This document shows positions 38,152 to 48,568 of a stretch of DNA of 64,000 nucleotides, piece after piece. The notes beneath the pieces are model-generated. The model was not told the origin of the DNA, made no database searches, and was given only the letters and a program-made list of their open reading frames with translations. The position numbers were made by a program, and so were the translations under genes. Numbering within the stretch: the stretch's first letter is position 1; each line of letters opens with the position of its first letter. Source of the DNA: an uncultured delta proteobacterium (GTDB lineage Bacteria; Desulfobacterota; Binatia; UBA9968); contig CAVUZH010000003.1 in the NCBI GenBank assembly GCA_963745835.1, positions 960,001 through 1,024,000 on the forward strand, given 5' to 3'.

Positions 38152-38456
38152 GCGATGAGGTGACAGGCATCCTGCCGCACAACGATGACTTGTTTCACCA
38201 CGGCGTAATCACTAAATTATTCCCATCTAATAACATCGGTATTGTGCGAATCGAGAGCGGCCGCGAGGTCTTCTTTTCGTACGAATTCGTGATTCTTACC
38301 GGCGAAGCCAAATCGCCACTGCATCTAAAGGTCGGACAGCCGGTGGGTTATGACTTGGGGTGGACTCCTAGCGGGCTTCGAGTCACTAAAATAAAGACTT
38401 ATCCGACGAGCAGCGTCGTCCAGGTGGCCGACACTTCAAAGAGGCAGGGAAGTTAA
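38148..38456 (+). CDS. Divergent cold-shock/OB-fold protein
   Basis: GVITKLF...GIV...GREVFF...LKVGQPVGYD...GLRV parallels the CSD pattern; ATGA overlap with nuoB. Confidence 0.65.
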   Translation: MSDEVTGILPHNDDLFHHGVITKLFPSNNIGIVRIESGREVFFSYEFVILTGEAKSPLHLKVGQPVGYDLGWTPSGLRVTKIKTYPTSSVVQVADTSKRQGS

Positions 38457-39266
38457 CGCCAATATTTGCCTACTCAAGATCTCTCCCACAAATACACCCA
38501 ACAGCGCGATATAGAACAAACCTGTTGCCGCCATCGTGTGCGGAATCAGCAAGGTCCGCCAAATCATCCAAGAGAGAATCAATGGTCCCAGGTATCCGAT
38601 CACGATGCGAGTGATCAACAGGGTCGAGTGATCGGTCCACAGTCTTTCAATTTCCACAACACTTTGGTCGGTGCCGAGAAAGTGCAGCGACAAAAAAGCA
38701 ACTAATGAGAAGCCACTCTGGACCGCAAGAGAGATAACGAAGAATTTAAAGATGCGAACAAATGGGTCAAGTGTCTGGCCGGTATCGATCAAGTACCAGT
38801 GTCCAATAAGCATTCCGACCGTCACACTGCCAAGTAAAAGCGCGGACAGAAAGAAGGATAGCGGGTAAACCAGAGTTTCGATTGAGCCAATTGGTGCCTC
38901 GTAAAAGCTATGAGCACTCAAAAGAAGCCCGGCGAGACCTGCAAGAATACAAGCCGCGAACGATTTGGCTCTGAAGGCTTGTCTTTCACCCCAAAGCGAG
39001 ACGATATAGCAGGCGAAAAAAGCGATGAAGAGAAAATGCGCAATCGTCTCAGCCGCCACGATCCGGCTAAAACTGTCCAATATGCTCCGCAAATAGAGGT
39101 TAGTTTTTCCCCAGAAGCCGAGGACGGCAATTACAAACAGCACGCCACCGGTTGATTTGTAAAACGCCCGATCGAGTTCGTGGAATGGGGTAAATGCCAA
39201 CCCAAAGAGGCCGCCCAGAGCAATTTGATAGAAAAAAAGTAGAAAGCTACTGGAGAATCCTCGCAT
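38436..39266 (-). CDS. Multi-pass membrane protein of unknown function
   Basis: About 8 TM helices; GMLIGHWYL and AATGLFY motifs; 2 bp after menG. Confidence 0.75.
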   Translation of the reverse strand: MRGFSSSFLLFFYQIALGGLFGLAFTPFHELDRAFYKSTGGVLFVIAVLGFWGKTNLYLRSILDSFSRIVAAETIAHFLFIAFFACYIVSLWGERQAFRAKSFAACILAGLAGLLLSAHSFYEAPIGSIETLVYPLSFFLSALLLGSVTVGMLIGHWYLIDTGQTLDPFVRIFKFFVISLAVQSGFSLVAFLSLHFLGTDQSVVEIERLWTDHSTLLITRIVIGYLGPLILSWMIWRTLLIPHTMAATGLFYIALLGVFVGEILSRQILALTSLPL

Positions 39267-39268
39267 GC

Positions 39269-39991
39269 TTATTTTTGATTCGGTTTATTCGCGACATGAA
39301 GGCATACTGCGCCAAATAGAAATCGTTGGAGCGTGACCTGCTCGAAGCCGCATTGTTCAAGTAGTTCCGAAACTTTCTCTGGAGGCACAAACTGGCGCAC
39401 AGAGTCCGACAAATATTGATATGCGCGGCGGTCCCTGGCGAGAAAGCCGCCAATTAAAGGCATGAAGCGATAGAAGTAGAACGCATACAGGGTCGCGAAA
39501 AGACCTGCCGATGGCGGAAACATATCCAAAGAAGCCATCCGCCCACCAGGTTTTAAGACTCGGAAAGCCTGAACAAAAAAGAGCCGCAAATCAGAAACAT
39601 TACGCAATACGAATCCCGTCATAACGCCATCAAAAACATGGTCTCGAAATGGCGGCATGAGTGCGTTTGCCTGAAGAAACTCTGTTCTGCTGGACTTTCG
39701 GCTCTGCTGCTTGACTCTCGCCAGCTGTATCATTTTGAAGGAAAAATCCAATGCAACGACTTTGCCTTGGACGCGGAGGGACTTGCCCGCGGCAAACGTT
39801 AGGTCCCCTGTACCGGTGCCGAGATCGAGGATTTTTTCATTGCCGCTTTTAACAACCGCCGACACGGCTTTTTTTCTCCACCAGGCATCCAATCGGAAAC
39901 TGATAACCCGATTGAGTAGATCATATCGACCTGCAATGCGATCGAACATGCGCTGCACATTGTCATTACCCGGATTGTCGACGGATCCCAT
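39269..39991 (-). CDS. ubiE: Ubiquinone/menaquinone C-methyltransferase UbiE/MenG
   Basis: MFDRIAGRYDLLN, LDLGTGTGD, FVLRNV, AYQYLSDSV. Confidence 0.92.
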   Translation of the reverse strand: MGSVDNPGNDNVQRMFDRIAGRYDLLNRVISFRLDAWWRKKAVSAVVKSGNEKILDLGTGTGDLTFAAGKSLRVQGKVVALDFSFKMIQLARVKQQSRKSSRTEFLQANALMPPFRDHVFDGVMTGFVLRNVSDLRLFFVQAFRVLKPGGRMASLDMFPPSAGLFATLYAFYFYRFMPLIGGFLARDRRAYQYLSDSVRQFVPPEKVSELLEQCGFEQVTLQRFLFGAVCLHVANKPNQK

Positions 39992-40046
39992 CTATTGACG
40001 CTCAGCGATACTATTCTGATTCCAAACGTAAGAGCGGCCGCGTCGG

Positions 40047-41087
40047 TCAAAAATCTCGATCAATGATGAGCTGAACGAGGGTTTTTAATCCATTGCGATA
40101 CAGAGAGGGGGGGAGCTTCTTGATGGACTTTAGTGCATCTTCAGCATAGTGCTTAGAGATTGTCTTCGCCGCTTCTATAGCGTTTCCGGTTCTCAGCGCC
40201 GCAAGGGCAGCGGCGATTTGATTTTCGCTCGGCTGTTCGCATTCGAAGGCCTCGCAAACGGCGCTTTGCCTGGCTTGCAACGCAAGAATGATGGGCAACG
40301 ATGGATTGCCGTCGCGCAAATCCATCCCAGTAGGTTTTCCTAAGAGCTCAACGTGTCCGACAACGTCAAGAATATCGTCGACTACCTGGAAGGCGATTCC
40401 CATATTGAGACCATAGCGCTCAGTTGCCTCAATTTGATTCGAGTCGGCGCCGGCGAGATAAGCGCCGACTTTGCCTCCAGTATGAAAAAGCGAGGCGGTT
40501 TTCCTTTTGACAATTTCGATATAGTCGTCGAGGGTGACATCTCGGTTGCGATTGAAGTGGCCCTGCAGCATCTCTCCTTCGGTCAGCAGTGAGCAGGCAT
40601 CGGCTGTCCATTGCACAACCCTCTCATCGAACTTTCCTGCAAACTCAAAGGCTTTGATGAAAAGAAAATCACCCGCGACGAGCGTAGATTTAAGCCCAAA
40701 TTTTTTATAGGCCGAGTCTTTTCCGCGACGGGTCTCAGCCCCGTCAATGATATCATCGTGAAGCAGAGTTGCCGTGTGGATAAGTTCCATGGCGGCAGCG
40801 ATATCGACGATATCACTTGCTTTTTTACCTCCAAACGCTAAAAAAGCCAGAATCGTCACGGCCGGACGGACGCGCTTGCCACCGCCGAGAATTGTGTGAG
40901 CTGCAATATCAGTAAGTGATTGCTCGCGAGAACGAATCGCTCGCGCCAGCGTCTCTTCGACGAGTTGAAGTTCTTCGCCAATATAGCGAAAGGGATCGCT
41001 GCGTCCCTGTAGAGAAGGAATTCTGCCTAAACTCGTAAAGGTATCCGGGGAAGATTTTAGCGTCTTGCTTTTTGTCTCGTGGATCAA
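40047..41087 (-). CDS. Long-chain polyprenyl diphosphate synthase (IspB/HepT-like)
   Basis: GGKRVRP, HDDIID, RRG, FQVVDDILD. Confidence 0.9.
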   Translation of the reverse strand: MIHETKSKTLKSSPDTFTSLGRIPSLQGRSDPFRYIGEELQLVEETLARAIRSREQSLTDIAAHTILGGGKRVRPAVTILAFLAFGGKKASDIVDIAAAMELIHTATLLHDDIIDGAETRRGKDSAYKKFGLKSTLVAGDFLFIKAFEFAGKFDERVVQWTADACSLLTEGEMLQGHFNRNRDVTLDDYIEIVKRKTASLFHTGGKVGAYLAGADSNQIEATERYGLNMGIAFQVVDDILDVVGHVELLGKPTGMDLRDGNPSLPIILALQARQSAVCEAFECEQPSENQIAAALAALRTGNAIEAAKTISKHYAEDALKSIKKLPPSLYRNGLKTLVQLIIDRDF

Positions 41088-41360
41088 AAAAACTCCGTGC
41101 GGCGGAGGCGAGAGAGTTAGCAGGAAAATGTCATAGTTCGATAATCAGGTCAAGCCGATGTCGAATCACGTTTTAGTGGTGCGGATCATCCGGTTTCCGA
41201 AAATCTATGCTTTGTGCGTTTGCGGCCGGAATTCTAAAAGATCCGTCCAATTTTGCGTCGGAAGGTCAACGTTTGCCTTGACAAATTCGATGACGCCCTA
41301 ATATATAAAAACAAACTACTCTTGATATATCCAGTGAAAGGTTAGGAGGAGGGGAGCTTT

Positions 41361-42056
41361 ATGGAAGCAGCACATTTTTTCTTTCGATGGTTTCACTTTT
41401 TAGCTGGGATCACCTGGATCGGTATCTTGTACTATTTCAATTTCGTCCAAACACCGTTTTTTGCAGAAACTGAAGCAAGCGTTCGTACAGGAGCCATTCA
41501 GAAACTTGTTCCTCGAGCTCTGTGGTGGTTTCGCTGGGCGGCGATGGTCACCTTTCTGGCGGGCTTGCTGATGTACCTGATGCGCTTAGGTGAGATGGGC
41601 GCGGGACTGTTCTTCACCTCATCATACGGAGTGACAATCACTCTGGGCGGTCTAATGGGGACTATCATGTTTCTTAATGTCTGGTTGGTCATTTGGCCCA
41701 ATCAGCAGATCGTAATCGCATCAACGAACCAAGTGGCGAGCGGGGGTCAAGCATTGCCGGCAGCCGCGGGGGCGGCACGACGCGGCGCTCTGGCATCGAG
41801 GACCAACGTCGTCTTTTCTGTTCCGATGCTTTTCTTTATGGGCGCTGCGAGTCACTACCCCTCGCTGGTCGGACCATCGGCCGCATTCGGGATCTTCTGG
41901 GTTTTGTCCCTGATCATTATCGCCGCTGTGGAAATCAATCCGCTGGTGGGGACACAAGGACCAACCAAGAAATTCTTGGATTCTGTTTCCGGCGCGCTGT
42001 GGGCTGGGTTTATTCTTACCGCTATATTTTACGTTCTATTGCTTGCTCTGATGTAA
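41361..42056 (+). CDS. PuuD-type (urate oxidase N-terminal domain) membrane protein, no fused cytochrome c
   Basis: RWFHFLAGITWIGILYYFN, WFRWAA, MFLNVWLVIWPNQ, SRTN...SHY; RBS AGGAGG. Confidence 0.8.
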   Translation: MEAAHFFFRWFHFLAGITWIGILYYFNFVQTPFFAETEASVRTGAIQKLVPRALWWFRWAAMVTFLAGLLMYLMRLGEMGAGLFFTSSYGVTITLGGLMGTIMFLNVWLVIWPNQQIVIASTNQVASGGQALPAAAGAARRGALASRTNVVFSVPMLFFMGAASHYPSLVGPSAAFGIFWVLSLIIIAAVEINPLVGTQGPTKKFLDSVSGALWAGFILTAIFYVLLLALM

Positions 42057-42065
42057 AGGCAAGCC

Positions 42066-42407
42066 TCAACGAAGGTAGGCAGCAAGATACGGAATTTCTG
42101 ACTTCAAAAACGGAAATTGCGGCATTACCTTGGTCGGGCGCTTCGGTCTATAGTTAGGCGGGTAGTTACTGGTTAAAACCCGGGCTTCGAGCAATTCTTG
42201 GCCGGAACCTTTCAGCGCTGGCCCTATCGGACCATCTCTCGACGGGTCGCTATTGTGACATGCGACGCAATTAGCGATGTAAACGGCTCTTCCTCTTTCC
42301 CAATCAGGATCTTTGCTCTCCTGCGCCGCCTGATCCGAGTCTCTCGAACAGGCACTCAGGCCCACAGTCATTAAGACGATTACCAACCCTATGAACGCAT
42401 TTCCCAT
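42066..42407 (-). CDS. Monoheme c-type cytochrome lipoprotein
   Basis: Lipobox LSAC, CVACH, distal Met (VMP). Confidence 0.88.
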   Translation of the reverse strand: MGNAFIGLVIVLMTVGLSACSRDSDQAAQESKDPDWERGRAVYIANCVACHNSDPSRDGPIGPALKGSGQELLEARVLTSNYPPNYRPKRPTKVMPQFPFLKSEIPYLAAYLR

Positions 42408-42612
42408 CTGACGTCTTGCCCATTTGCGCCTGCTTGCCTAATTCGGCCGCTCGGTCGTCACCCGGCTTTGATCGTGATCGTTACCCGTTTCCGTAGAATT
42501 AGCTCCTTCAGTAATTCGTGAGAATCAGGCACCGGATTAACAGCATACCTTTCATTCGGAAAAGATGATCCAGTGATATTAGAGAAATTCTGGCGTGTGT
42601 GCTATTAATTCT

Positions 42613-42699
42613 TGGTGCGAAAGAGGGGAGTCGAACCCCTACGAGTGTTACCTCACAGGATCCTGAATCCTGCGCGTCTACCAATTCCGCCACTTTCGC
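42613..42699 (-). tRNA. tRNA-Leu (CAG)
   Basis: GCGAAAGTGGCGGAATTGGTAGACGC...TTCAGGA..., long variable arm, GTTCGACTCC...CCA; 87 nt. Confidence 0.95.
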
Positions 42700-42785
42700 G
42701 AGCTTAGGGCGCGGGACCGCTCATCATTTATTAGCTTGGGGTTGATGGGTTGTCAACAATCTGATTGCTGTCACGGACAAAGCCA

Positions 42786-43304
42786 ATGAGTAAGATTTTA
42801 GTCGTTGAACCCTACAAAATCCTACAAAGAGCGATTGCGGTGAGTTTTTTTCCTGAACATCAAGTTGAGGTAACTGAGCAGGTTCCGGAAGTGAGCGCGC
42901 TTGAGCAGCGCGCTTATGATGTTGCCATCGTTGATGCCGCAGCGCTGCGCGAAAAGAATGCGGCCGGCGATCTGAACCGCTGTTTGCGGGACTGGTCGAT
43001 ACCCATAATTTGGCTGGAGGAGAATACTCCAACGGCCGCGCCGGTACGCGACAAATTGGTGGTTTTACGTAAGCCGATCGTGAGGAACGATCTCCTCGCG
43101 GCGCTGACTCGCTGTCAGGCGCAAGGACCGACCTTTCCACCGACGAACCTTGGCGAGAAGTTCCAAAATAAGACAGTTTTGATTGACACTGACCTCAAGC
43201 CGGATTCGGAGCAAAGAGCGGCAATTATAGAACTCGTAGATGTCGTTGAGGAAGAAGCAACAGCTCGTATGCAAGACGAGTGGCAGGAGAGAAAGAAACA
43301 ATAG
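42786..43304 (+). CDS. Atypical receiver-domain protein with acidic C-terminal motif
   Basis: KILVVE, YDVAIVD, LRKPI; tail IIELVDVVEEE; 3 bp before valS. Confidence 0.65.
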   Translation: MSKILVVEPYKILQRAIAVSFFPEHQVEVTEQVPEVSALEQRAYDVAIVDAAALREKNAAGDLNRCLRDWSIPIIWLEENTPTAAPVRDKLVVLRKPIVRNDLLAALTRCQAQGPTFPPTNLGEKFQNKTVLIDTDLKPDSEQRAAIIELVDVVEEEATARMQDEWQERKKQ

Positions 43305-43307
43305 GCT

Positions 43308-46063
43308 ATGCAACTGGACAAAGCTTATTCGCATAAATCAGTCGAGGCGAAGTGGTACCAACGTTGGACCGAATCGGGAGCCTTCAAACCATCCAAAGGC
43401 GGGGGACCTTATTTTTCAATGGTGATTCCACCACCCAATGTAACGGGATCGCTACACATGGGGCACGCTCTCAACAACACACTTCAAGACATACTGTGCC
43501 GGTACAAACGGATGGACGGGTTTCGCGTCCTATGGATTCCAGGCACCGACCATGCCGGCATCGCGACGCAGAATGTCGTTGAGCGGCGCCTCGCGGCAGA
43601 AGGGTTGAATCGTAATCAGCTGGGACGCGAGAAATTCATCGAGAGAGTCTGGTCATGGAAGCAGGAAGCCGGCGATGTCATTTTGCATCAGCTCAGAGCC
43701 CTGGGTGTTTCTTGCGACTGGGATCATGAACGATTCACTATGGATGAAGGCCTCTCGCGGGCGGTGCGCGAAGCTTTCGTGCGGCTTTGGGACGATAAGC
43801 TGCTATATCGGGCGCAACGATTGATCAACTGGTGTCCTCGCTGTAAAACGGCGCTCTCGGACATTGAGGTTATCCATCAAGAATCGGATGGTAATCTCTG
43901 GCATATCGGCTACCCTTTGGCGGAAGATCCGTCTAGGGAACTCGTCGTCGCAACAACCCGGCCGGAAACCATGCTCGGCGATACCGCGGTGGCGGTTCAT
44001 CCCGACGACCAGCGCTATCAAAATCTCATCGGTCAAAATATCAGGCTGCCGCTGAGCGGACGCATGGTCCCGTTAATCGCCGATCCCTTTGTCGATCGCG
44101 AATTCGGCACCGGTGCTTTGAAGGTCACGCCGGGCCATGATTTTAACGACTTTGAGATCGGCGAGCGATTCGCTCTCGATAGAATCAGTATCTTTGATGC
44201 CGAGGGGCGCATCGATGCCGGGGCCTTTCTGCAACGTGGCGAAACCGGCGAATGGATCGATCGCTATCATGACAAGGATCGTTTCGAAGCGCGCAGCCTA
44301 GTGGTTGCGGATCTGAAGGATAAGGGATTTCTCCGGAAAATCGAACCTCACAAAATCTCGATGGGCCACTGCTATCGCTGCCAAACCATCGTCGAGCCGT
44401 ATCTCACACCGCAGTGGTTCGTGGCATCAAACCTTTGGCGGGCCCCGCCATCGGCGCAGTGCGCCAAGGCGATATTCGCATTATTCCCGAAGGATGGAGC
44501 AATTCTTACTTTGCCTGGATGGAAAACATCAAAGATTGGTGTGTCTCGCGACAAATCTGGTGGGGGCATCAAATTCCCGCATGGTATTGCCGCTCGTGCG
44601 ATAGGGAAAACATTGCCGAGGGCCACGCCGGCGAGTACAGCCTAACGAAGGAAGCTCAACCCATCGTCTCCCGCACCGCGCCGCAAAACTGCCCGCGCTG
44701 CGGTGGTGATGATTTAGTTCAGGATCCGGATGTTCTCGACACCTGGTTTTCTTCCAGCTTGTGGCCGTTTTCGACCTTGGGGTGGCCTGAGAACACCGAT
44801 GATCTGAGAAGCTTTTATCCAACCTCGACGTTAGTCACGGCCTTCGATATTTTATTTTTCTGGGTTGCGCGCATGATCATGATGGGTCTCAAGTTTATGG
44901 GTTCTGTGCCGTTTCATGATGTTTACATACACGCGCTTGTGCGTGACGAACAAGGTCAGAAAATGTCGAAGTCCAAAGGCAACGTCATCGATCCGTTGGA
45001 TATCATGGCTGAATATGGCACGGATGCGTTTCGCTTCACCTTGGCTGCCATGGCCGCAATGGGACGTGACATCAAACTTGCAGAAGAACGAATCTCCGGT
45101 TACCAGAATTTCGTCAACAAGTTGTGGAACGCTTCCCGATTCGTTTTGATGAATTTAGCGCAAAGCGAACCACCCCAACATGCTTCTGACCAACGTGCTC
45201 TCGACAGCGCCGAGCTTGGCTTGGCTGATCGGTGGATTCGGTCGCGTTTGGCTTCAACAGTTCGCGAAGCGCGCGCTGCCATCGACGGCTATCGCTTCAA
45301 CGATTACGCCAATGTTCTGTATCAGTTTACCTGGCACGAATTCTGTGACTGGTATATCGAAATGAGCAAGTTGTCGCTTAATGCGACAGGTGGCGATGAC
45401 CCTGAAAGAAGCCGGCGCATACTGGTTGAAGTCTTAGAGCAGATCCTCTTGTTATTGCACCCGATCATGCCCTTTGTTACCGAGGAAATTTGGCAAGTGC
45501 TGGGCGACGGCAGAGGCACAATCATGCTCCAAGAGTATCCGGCAGTGAAAGCAAACTGGATCGATGCCGAAACCGAAAGGCAAATGGATTATTTGATGGG
45601 AGTAGTCAGGGCGATCAGAAATCTTCGCACGGAGCTGAATTGCCCGCCGGCCAAGCAAATCAAGGTTATCTTCCACGGCTCTGACGGCGATCTTGCGTTT
45701 CTTGGCGCGCAGATGCCTTATCTTCGTGCTCTGGCGCGGGTTGGTTCCGCTGATTATCTTGCATCGGGAGATCGGCCCAAGGGAGCGGCGACTGCGGTGG
45801 TTGGATCGACGGAAATCTATCTTCCAATCGACGATCTTCTCGATCTTGACGAGGAACGAGCACGATTGACGAAGGAGATCGCTAAGATTACCGGCGAAAT
45901 AACGCGTTCTCAAAAAAAGCTCGCCAATCCCGAGTTTGTCAATAAGGCCAAACCAGAGATCATTCAAAAGGAGCGGGAAAAGGCGATCCAACATGAAGAA
46001 AAGCTCCGCACGCTTAAGGCTAGCGTAGAACAAATCAGGGAGATTCAGGCGGGAAGGAACTAG
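43308..46063 (+). CDS. valS: Valyl-tRNA synthetase, split by a 1-nt deletion near 44424
   Basis: [13 protein letters not shown] in ORF1; [14 protein letters not shown] and coiled-coil arm in ORF2; junction QWFV-x-IKPLA. Confidence 0.95.
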
Positions 46064-46067
46064 GCAG

Positions 46068-46922
46068 ATGGATATTCTTGTTAGTCCCCAGATCGAACGC
46101 TTAATCCGCGATTCCTTAGACGAAGACATCGGCGCCGGCGACCTTGCGACAATGGCGACAATCTCGGCAGAATCTCAAGGCACGGGGCTTTTTCGCGCCA
46201 AGAAAGAAGGTGTTGTAGCCGGTTTGGTGCTGTTGGAGCGAATCTTCTACTTTATTGATCCCAAAGTAAACGTAAGCCTCCTCACAAAAGACGGTACTCA
46301 GGTGGCACAAGGCACTGTAGTGGCCGAAGCCGCAGGGCCGGTCCGGGCGCTGCTTTTAGCTGAACGAACAGCGCTGAACTTTCTTCAACGCCTATCTGGA
46401 ACCGCGACTCTAACGCGCCAGTACGTCGAGGCAGTGAAAGATTTTGCGTGCAAGGTGCTCGATACTAGAAAAACGACACCTGGACTACGGACTCTGGAGA
46501 AATATGCGGTTCGAATGGGCGGCGGAACGAATCACCGCATAGGACTGTATGATGCGGCTCTGGTAAAGGACAATCATATTGAAGCCACGGGGTCCATCGC
46601 TGAAGCAGTCAAAGCGGTAAGACTGCATGCGCCGTTCATGGCTAAGGTCGAAGTCGAAGCCGGCAACTTAACGCAGGTTCAGGAAGCAATAGACGCGGGC
46701 GCCGATGTGATCATGCTCGACAATATGTCGATTGTCCAGATGGCGGAAGCGGTGCGTCTGGTAAACAAACGCGCTTGGGTGGAAGCCTCAGGCGGCATCA
46801 CTCTTAACACCATTCGTCAGATCGCCGAGACTGGGGTCGATTTCATCTCATCGGGCGCCCTGACGCATTCGGCTCCGGTGGTCGATTTCAACATGAAAAT
46901 AACCATGAACGTCGGCAAGTGA
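46068..46922 (+). CDS. nadC: Quinolinate phosphoribosyltransferase
   Basis: ERTALN, DTRKTTPG, KDNH, IMLDN, EASGG. Confidence 0.95.
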   Translation: MDILVSPQIERLIRDSLDEDIGAGDLATMATISAESQGTGLFRAKKEGVVAGLVLLERIFYFIDPKVNVSLLTKDGTQVAQGTVVAEAAGPVRALLLAERTALNFLQRLSGTATLTRQYVEAVKDFACKVLDTRKTTPGLRTLEKYAVRMGGGTNHRIGLYDAALVKDNHIEATGSIAEAVKAVRLHAPFMAKVEVEAGNLTQVQEAIDAGADVIMLDNMSIVQMAEAVRLVNKRAWVEASGGITLNTIRQIAETGVDFISSGALTHSAPVVDFNMKITMNVGK

Positions 46923-47746
46923 ACCTTTCCGAAAATCATCGAGGCACGGCCGATTTACCGCTCGATCTCAACTCAATCCGTCAACGATTAGCCGGGCAAC
47001 GGCTCGGAACTGAGTTCCACTACTTTGCTGAGATCGGCTCCACCAATACCCACGCTCGCCGACTGGCTGAACAAGGCGCGAGACAGGGCGAGTTGGTTGT
47101 CGCCGATTCGCAAACAGACGGCCGCGGTCGCCTCGGCAGGCATTGGGTGTCGCCGCCCAATGTGAATCTGTATATTTCTTTCGTTTTGCGACCAAAACTC
47201 CCGCCCGCCAGAGCGCCGCAAATTACTCTGATGGCCGCCGTTGCTCTGGCCGAGACGTTGCAGTCCTTCCTTCCAGTTCCTCCGTCTATCAAGTGGCCGA
47301 ATGACATTACCGTGAACGGCAAAAAACTAGCGGGCATTTTGACCGAGGTGAACTGCGGCACGGAATCTGTCGAGTTCGTGATTCTCGGCATTGGGGTAAA
47401 CGTTAACTATCCCGTTGATCTAATGCCCGAGGAAATTCGCCAGCGCGCGACATCGGTTTTGGTTGAACGCCAAAACAAAGTAAGCCGAGAAGATCTGCTG
47501 TGGAGATTGATTCAAGACCTGGACCGGTGTTATGGAGAACTCGAGGTAAATGGTTTCGCGCCGCTGGCGCCTCGTTGGGAGGCTTACTTTGGCTGGAGAG
47601 GGCAGCGGATGCGTATTGAGCTTTTGGATCAGGTTGCGTTCGGCATAGCCAAAGGCATTGATCATGACGGCGCCCTATTACTCGAAGACGATCACGGCAG
47701 ACTGCAAAGAGTCATCGCCGGGGACGTTACTCCAGTGAGCCAATAG
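46919..47746 (+). CDS. birA: Biotin-protein ligase (no HTH)
   Basis: [31 protein letters not shown]. Confidence 0.93.
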   Translation: MNLSENHRGTADLPLDLNSIRQRLAGQRLGTEFHYFAEIGSTNTHARRLAEQGARQGELVVADSQTDGRGRLGRHWVSPPNVNLYISFVLRPKLPPARAPQITLMAAVALAETLQSFLPVPPSIKWPNDITVNGKKLAGILTEVNCGTESVEFVILGIGVNVNYPVDLMPEEIRQRATSVLVERQNKVSREDLLWRLIQDLDRCYGELEVNGFAPLAPRWEAYFGWRGQRMRIELLDQVAFGIAKGIDHDGALLLEDDHGRLQRVIAGDVTPVSQ

Positions 47747-47750
47747 AATC

Positions 47751-48545
47751 ATGCTGCTCGCTATCGACATCGGTAATACTAATATCGTTCTTGGACTGTA
47801 CCAGGGAAAAAAGCTGATTACCCACTGGCGACTGCTCACCGAAGCTGAGCGCACCTCCGACGAATATGGCGTCATCATAGCCCATCTAGTCGATTACGAA
47901 GGATTTCATTGCAACCAGATTAGCGCCATCGTCGTATCCTGCGTGGTGCCGCCGATGCTGACAATGATTCAGGAGCTGGGCAAAAAATTCTTTAAACTCG
48001 AACCATTGATTGTCGGCCCCGGCATTAAAACCGGGATGCCAATTCTCTATGAAAATCCCAGAGACGTTGGTGCCGACCGAATTGTCAACGGCATAGCCGC
48101 CTACGAGCGATATAGGGAAGCGTGCATTATTGTTGATTTCGGGACTGCGACGACCATCGATCTGATTTCAAAGAAAGGGGAATACGTCGGCGGTGCGATC
48201 GCGCCAGGTTTGTCGATCTCTTTGGAAGCGTTGTCGCAACGCGCCTCCAAATTGCCCAGGATAGAAATTGTCAAGCCAAGGGAGGTTATCGGCCGCAACA
48301 CCGTCAACTCGATACAGGCAGGGATATTTTATGGTTATGTCGGCCTGGTCGATGGCATCGTCAAAAGGATTCAGAAGGAAGGCGGAGTTCAGGCGAAGGT
48401 AGTCGCTACCGGAGGATTGGCGCCACTTGTGGCTGCGGAATGTTCGACGATCAGCGATGTTGATGAATTTCTAACGCTTCAGGGACTGCGGATTATACAT
48501 GAACGAAATTCTTTACAAGAGGTGAAGGTAAGAGCGCAAACATAG
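47751..48545 (+). CDS. coaX: Type III pantothenate kinase
   Basis: DIGNT, GADR, DFGTATT, GGAIAPG. Confidence 0.95.
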   Translation: MLLAIDIGNTNIVLGLYQGKKLITHWRLLTEAERTSDEYGVIIAHLVDYEGFHCNQISAIVVSCVVPPMLTMIQELGKKFFKLEPLIVGPGIKTGMPILYENPRDVGADRIVNGIAAYERYREACIIVDFGTATTIDLISKKGEYVGGAIAPGLSISLEALSQRASKLPRIEIVKPREVIGRNTVNSIQAGIFYGYVGLVDGIVKRIQKEGGVQAKVVATGGLAPLVAAECSTISDVDEFLTLQGLRIIHERNSLQEVKVRAQT

Positions 48546-48568
48546 CGGAAAAGGAGGAACCCACAGTT

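Noticed and set aside
42508-42693. 61-aa ORF MAELVDAQDSGS...
   Set aside because: It is a translation of the tRNA-Leu gene
34377-42699. Genomic island bounded by tRNA-Met and tRNA-Leu
   Set aside because: No duplicated tRNA 3' ends and no integrase; contents are housekeeping genes
44400-44440. Programmed ribosomal frameshifting in valS (and trmL)
   Set aside because: No slippery heptamer or stimulatory structure seen; single-base indel error is more parsimonious
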